A stretch of 41,970 bases of DNA from Bigelowiella natans CCMP2755 (Eukaryota; Protista; Cercozoa), in NCBI GenBank assembly GCA_000320545.1, contig ADNK01000887.1:1-41970 (forward strand), read 5' to 3'. Within the stretch, counting starts at the first letter, position 1. Each line of letters opens with the position of its first letter. Shown piece by piece: positions 36,141-41,970 of the stretch. Below the pieces are notes generated by a model. That model saw only the letters and a list, made by a program, of their open reading frames with translations, did not search any database and was not told the DNA's origin. A program made the translations under genes and the position numbers.

Positions 36141-37974
36141 AGAGAGAGATAGAGAGAGAGAGAGAGAGAGGGAGAGAGGGGGGGGTGGGGTGGGGGGGGA
36201 TGAGGGAAAACCCAAGCTAGCTGATTGTCCTTCTTATCATTGCTCAATATAGGGAGGAAGTGAAGCGGATAAGCGAAGGGGGTGAGTCAACGAAGAAGAA
36301 GAAAACTCAGCAGCAGAAAGGTGGGTACAACTGTGTAAACTAAGCAGACCAGCTGGGGGCTAGATAGCCTAATGCTGATGTATCTTTCATCAAACACCCA
36401 TGCTCCTTCTTTGACTCTCTGCTGCTGCTGCTGCAGAGAAATCGCAAGACGACAAAGACAAGGAGATCTCCCAGCTTAAGACAGAGACGAAGGAATGGAA
36501 AGACAGGTTTGTTACCTCTACTCTTCCTAGATCATTAGCATACAGAGAGAGGTTGGGGGTGGAGAAGAATTACGGCTTTTTGCTGATGAAAAGTGAATGA
36601 AGAATACAATCGACACAATCACTCAACTTTCTTCGCGATGCTTTCGTAATTACCTGCTGCTTCTTTGTGATGCATTCGATGCAGATATAAATCGATCTCC
36701 ATGTCGCACATCGACTACAGAAAGCAGCTGACGGAGTTGCGAAGTCAGGTAATGAGGGCAGTCCGTGGTGGTGGTTTGAGGTGCTGCTGCTGCTGCTGCT
36801 GTGCAAGGGGATTTAGCCCCTGCAACACTCCTCATGTACCCACTTTCCCTCTCTAGGCTGTGAAGGCAAGGAAGCTTCTTGGACAGGAGATTGGAGACGA
36901 CAAACTTGTGGAGGAGGTTGAAGCGAAGGGGGAAGGGGGAAGAAAGTTGTTATCATTCATCATCGTGATTGCTGATGTCCACAATGTCGTCACGCACTCT
37001 CTATGCCAATCAGCTTCTAGACTCGAAGCAGGAAAAAGGACCTCCGAAGTGGCGGGGCCGCGCGCAGCAAATCACCGTCCTCCAGGCTAAGATTAGAGAC
37101 CTCAAGAAGAAATTGGACAGATCGTCTCCCACCGGCGGCAGCAGCCGTCCAAAGGCGTCCTCTTCGAAATCAAGTGAAGCATTCCTCGCCTTTCCTTCTC
37201 CTCGTTTATCTGTTGCATCTTTTGTGTAGATATGCTTTTCCTCTACCATACTTCTTTTCCTTCAACGCTCCTTCCCCGGCACCCACTAATCCCTGGGCCT
37301 CCTCGTCTGCGGTCGGTTGGCTTGTTTCTTTTTCCGTGTAATTGATTTGTGTCAAAAGTGTCTTCCCAAGATCGAGTAGAAGCTAACGTTGCGAAGTCAG
37401 CAGGTGACAGCTATTGATACACGTATACATCTATATATTCTTTACATATGTGTATATATATGTTATATGTGTGTTGTTTTTGTGTATGTGTGTGTGTGTG
37501 TGTGTGTGTTTGTGTACGAATCATTCCCTCTCCTTTCTATTTTTTTCTTGATATTCTGTTTGAAATCAGAACACAGAAAGCTCCAAGAGCAGATTGCAAA
37601 GGTAGTAGTAGTAGTAGTAGTAGTAGTAGTTGTAGTTGTAGACGTGGTAGTAGTAGTAGCAAGTTTGAGGAAGCTGTGCTATCATTCATTGCCCCTCAGT
37701 AAGAAACAAATCTATCTTGTGTTTTGCCCGTCCTTTTCCCTTCTGAATCAAATTTTAATGCATATTCTCTGCCTGTACACGAGCAAACAAAGCAACGCAA
37801 ACAACTCCTACTACCGACCCCACCTCCTCGGCCCACTCTAATCAGAGGCACTGTTGCCTCCTTTTGACACCCACACTAGGAAAGGGCGGCAGGCGAAAAG
37901 GCTCGCGAAGATGCTGAGACGATGAAGAGAAAATACGACGCCTCGAAGGTTCAGTGTATGATTGCTCTTAGTCC

Positions 37975-38011
<37 letters not shown>

Positions 38012-38505
38012 CTCCCGCTCTCTCGTGCCCTTGAAAGAAGTAGTTTACAGGAGATGAAGTGAAGACAACGGCAGTGTATTGACTGCATGGAATATATGCT
38101 GTGGTTGCAGGCCAGAACAAAGGTCCTGGAAAAGAACATGAGAAGGTCTGTCTGTTAGTGGACGACTATCTGGTGTTCTGCCATTCATGGTGTAGGGGGA
38201 GAGAGAGAGGAAGAGAGAGAACGATGCCATAGTAACATCCTTCCCTCTCCCCTGGAGGAGCAGAGAGAGAAAGAGGGAGGTGCTAGTCCCTCTTACGCAC
38301 TTTAACTTTTCACACAAATAGTTCCTAACCCATCAACCATATAATCATCATCATCATAGCATGAAGGAACAGATGAAGATCCTGCTCTCTAAGTCAGGTG
38401 GTGGAGCTTCACAACATCGAATCAACTACTTAGAGAATTCCTTTTACTCCTGTCCTCTCCTTCCTCCTCCTCCCTCATCTCTCCCCCTGCCTAGAAACAA
38501 GCCAC

Positions 38506-38551
<46 letters not shown>

Positions 38552-40434
38552 GCACACACACATGTTCCATGCTCACTACTCACTCGCGCAAATACCCAGA
38601 CGACGACGACCATCTGATCGACGACCTGAAGAAGCAAGCCAAGCACACGGCGTCGAGGCTGACGACGATGATGGAGGCGCAGAACTCCCACGGCTCGAAG
38701 ACGCAGCTAGCGAACCAGCTCAAGGAGCGCGAGCGCCAACTCGCTCGCCAGTCCCAGATCATTGCCAAGTAGTATTTAACAATATCTCAATTAGTGCGTA
38801 GCAATCCTCGACTCCCTATCGTCATTTAACACCTTCTCTCAGCTGGCCTTAGACATTATCAGTCGACGAATGATGGCTTTGCTCCATACATTGCAGGATA
38901 GAGAGCATTGCTATTTCTTCCCCACTGTAGATGCGCGCTGATGCTGACGGACAGACCGACCTCACTCGGCGCCATCAATAACGATGATTGATTGTTGCTC
39001 AGGCTCCAAGGCCAGATCTCGAGCACCAAGAGCTCTACCGTGGACGGCTTCAAAAAGAGCGTTCAGGTATCCTGCATCATTACGCAGCCATCATTAAAAC
39101 CATCTTTGCATCTGATGAAAGAGGGCCCTCTCTTATATTATCTTCTGCGCCCTCTTCCACTTTCTTCTGTTCTCCCACTTCCTCCCCCTCCCCCCCCCCC
39201 CCTTTAATCACCCCCCTTCCCCACCCCGCTCGTCAACGGAGTAGGAGTGGGACTTCGCAGACAAGGAGCGACAGATCCATACGCTGCAGAAGCGCAACGA
39301 AAAGCAGGCGGAGATCCTGCAATTATTTAGTAAGTCGCAGATGGAACTCAAGGGCAATCTTTCAAGCTCCGAGAAGAGCAGGGATGAGCTCTCACGGAAG
39401 ATTGAAGTACTGCTTCTCACTGATTCTGGAGAGTGACACGATGATGCCCCTTATGCTATCGTTTTGTGTTCTTCTTGAACGAATGAATATTCTCGTTCCT
39501 TTATTCCCAACATAACTGGTTTTGTCCTCTCCTTCTCCTTCTCCTCCCCCTCCCTCCTCCTCCTCCTCCTCCTCCTCCTCCTCCTCTCATCAATACCATG
39601 TTGGTGGCTGCATCCAGACGCTGAAGCGTAGGCTCGAGAACAGGCCAAACATTAAACCGATTAGCAAAGACCAGATCGCTGTGCTGAACCAGAAGTGCGT
39701 GTGTGCTTATACGACGGACATCATCCCGCGTGTGTATATATATGTGTGTGAGAGAAGGGGGGTTGGGGGGGGGGGTACGCGAGATGATCGGGTGGTGCGG
39801 TATTGTACCCTTGCAACGACAGAGAAGTAACCTTCTTCCCCTCCCCTCCCCGTGCCTTATCTCTATCTTCAGGCTGGAGGAGAAGGAGGAAGAATTGCAG
39901 CGTTTGAGAACTGAGTCAGAAAACCTTTCCACCACCCTTTCTTCGATAAATATCGTACACAATGTCGATAGATATTACGACAACAAGGGGAAGAAGAAGA
40001 ACATCAACAACAACAACGGCAGCAGCAACATCAATCATATGCAATGATGCAACATCTCTGTGGTTCAGAGCCGATTAAAGCACGGCACTGCTGAGAACTT
40101 ACTTTTAAGCTTCCTGAGCATATGATCAGATGTTGGTCTCGACATCTTCTCCTCTTATTCAATGCCCTGCTACTAGTCATTGTCATGATGCAATCACCGC
40201 CTCCATCGTCATCCCTCCCTTCTTCACTTCTCCCTCTTCATGGGGCTGGAGCTCACTTGTTGCTATTCCGCACATCCCCTGTTTCTCTCCCCAGATACAC
40301 ACGCGATCTTGACCATCACCACAAGGAATTGAAGATGTCGAAGGACCTCTTGGTTGCTGCCACAAGCAATTGTTTCAATTTTGTTTACCCTACCATCATG
40401 TTCTGATGGTGGTAGCGATTATATGCGTGCATGT

Positions 40435-40480
<46 letters not shown>

Positions 40481-40606
40481 TTGTACTGGTATAACATCAG
40501 CTCTTTCCCCCCGTATTTGCAGGAGGAGCAAATGATGCTGTACAAGGCGGATCGTACAAAAATGCAGCAACAATTCATGGAGGTTATGGGTAACCTCAAG
40601 AGGTGA
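34957..40606 (+). CDS. CCDC13: CCDC13-like coiled-coil (centriolar satellite/cilia-associated) protein, many small exons
   Basis: Coiled-coil exons with the CCDC13 hallmark WRGRAQQITVLQAKI preceded by LLGQEIGD, and KYDASKARTKVLE...KILLSK..DDHLIDDLK. Stop TGA at 40604-40606. Confidence 0.75.
35990..36180. repeat. Compound microsatellite (CA)n-(TA)n-(TG)n-(AG)n with a 28-bp tandem duplication (36023-36078)
   Basis: Directly visible. ATACACTAAATAGTGGGCAAAGATATAT occurs twice in tandem. Confidence 0.9.
40034..40126 (+). ncRNA. Intronic box C/D snoRNA, target uncertain (copy 2, identical to 12070-12162)
   Basis: 40015-40135 matches 12051-12171 over all 121 nt. It lies sense-oriented inside a CCDC13 intron (about 39915-40294). 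Confidence 0.8.
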
Positions 40607-41229
40607 AGAGCAGGAGAGAGCACAGATGCACCATGTGAATATGAATGTGTATTATTAGCAAGGATTTCGTCTATCTACAGCACGTGACAGTGTGCATTGC
40701 TCTAGTGCTGTATGTGTAAATTTATGCTGCTCATGTTCGATACTCTAGCGCCTACACCGAAGATGAATATTTTATTACATTGATGCATGATTATTGGTGC
40801 TTGGCCAGTACATAACGCTACTACAGCTACAATCCAATATATGCTTCCAAGTCTTCACTTGCACTTGGTGCGTAAGCTTATTACAACAAACCATGTTGTA
40901 TGTTGTAGTCTGGCCATCATACACGATGCAATACACATGTATAGCTAAGCACAGGTAGCACCGCGCAAATAAATAGATGGAATGCTATACATGGCGCCAC
41001 GCATGCTGTACTTACGATGCTGCCCGCAATGAGCATTCGCAGCGCGATCATTATTTGGGCGCGCCAAATAATGAAGTGACAAGAGCACATATAGTCGTAG
41101 TCAGCATGGTTTACAATGCAATACACTACTATCTACTACTCATCGGTGTTTCCGCCGCACTTCAAGCGCAGAGACCATCCTACGCAGATCATGATCAATA
41201 TTCTACATGGCATCACGCACGCCTCTCGC

Positions 41230-41970
41230 TCAGGTACTTCGTAGAGGATTCTGGCTCATCCACTTTGGAAGGAATTCGAACGGATCGCCTTCGTAGTCCT
41301 TGGTCACGAGCCCTGCCTCTTTCAGTATCGGTTGCAGCTCGCCCTTCTTCCACATTATGCACGCATCGGCGGCGCCACCATAAAATTTGCCGTCTATGAA
41401 GAACTGGGGGAAGGTGTTGCATTCGGTTTGCTCCGCGAGGGCCGCGCGGTACTTATTCCCCATATTGTCCTTCGCGAACTCAAACGAGTCGATGTCGACT
41501 CGATGATATGGAAGGCCAAGGGCATCGAAGAGTCCGAAGATCGTCCAGCAGAACTCGCAGTTTTGGAGGGAGAAGATGACAATCTGAGAAGGCCCACCAT
41601 GAGGCGGGCCGTGTTGATGATACAGAATAGCTCAGACAATGATCTAACGCGCACTGCCACAGCGCACAGTTATAGCAATCGTATTCGAGAAAGCCCCAAT
41701 CATTCATATTTTTATACCCCTACCCCGTACTCCTCTCGTATTGCGATAAAAAACCAGAAGGTGTGTCGGGGGGAGGGGGAAGCAGAGCCAAAAAAAAAAA
41801 AAAATGCAATACACACACCCACAACCATCACTATCACCACCACCTTGTGCTTCGATTTGACTCCTTCGACAAACGATGTGGCTTCTTCCGTAACGTCTGG
41901 CAGGGGAACAGCAGGCGGCACCGCCCCCGGAGTAGACTGCGCGATCGCCTTCTCCTCTTCGTTCATGTCA
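41230..41970 (-). CDS. 3' end of a glutaredoxin-domain protein, probably a cysteine synthase-glutaredoxin fusion (runs off the window); exons 41970-41844 and 41583-41230
   Basis: IVIFSLQNCEFCWTIF (CEFC dithiol), TFPQFFIDGKFYGG and the tail DPFEFLPKWM. The linker MNEEEKAIAQSTP resembles that of CysK-Grx fusions. The CysK part is outside the window. Confidence 0.75.

Overview
Gene-dense, intron-rich eukaryotic (protist-like) nuclear DNA with microsatellite-filled spliceosomal introns. A rhizarian or algal host such as a chlorarachniophyte is plausible but is only a guess. The left edge holds the 3' end of a Ty3/gypsy-type LTR retrotransposon (integrase, polypurine tract, 326-bp LTR) whose integrase ends in a degenerate Dam/DIRS-type N6-adenine methyltransferase-like domain. 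Ten host genes follow in strictly alternating orientation: SLC12 cation-chloride cotransporter (+), RanBP2-ZnF/2OG-Fe(II) oxygenase-like (-), Tim44 with an EF-hand-like insert (+), C-type lectin/Cys-rich-repeat multi-TM protein (-), arylsulfatase (+), FHA protein (-), topoisomerase VI B (+), TPR protein (-), CCDC13-like (+), and the 3' part of a probable cysteine synthase-glutaredoxin fusion (-). The Tim44 introns host five box C/D snoRNAs. Four have clear rRNA guides (U34/snR62-like, U61-like, snR58/U104-like, and one LSU guide I cannot name). The fifth is an apparent orphan with an identical 121-nt copy 28 kb away in a CCDC13 intron. Exon boundaries were read by eye, and rRNA targets come from recalled conserved rRNA sequence rather than from a search.
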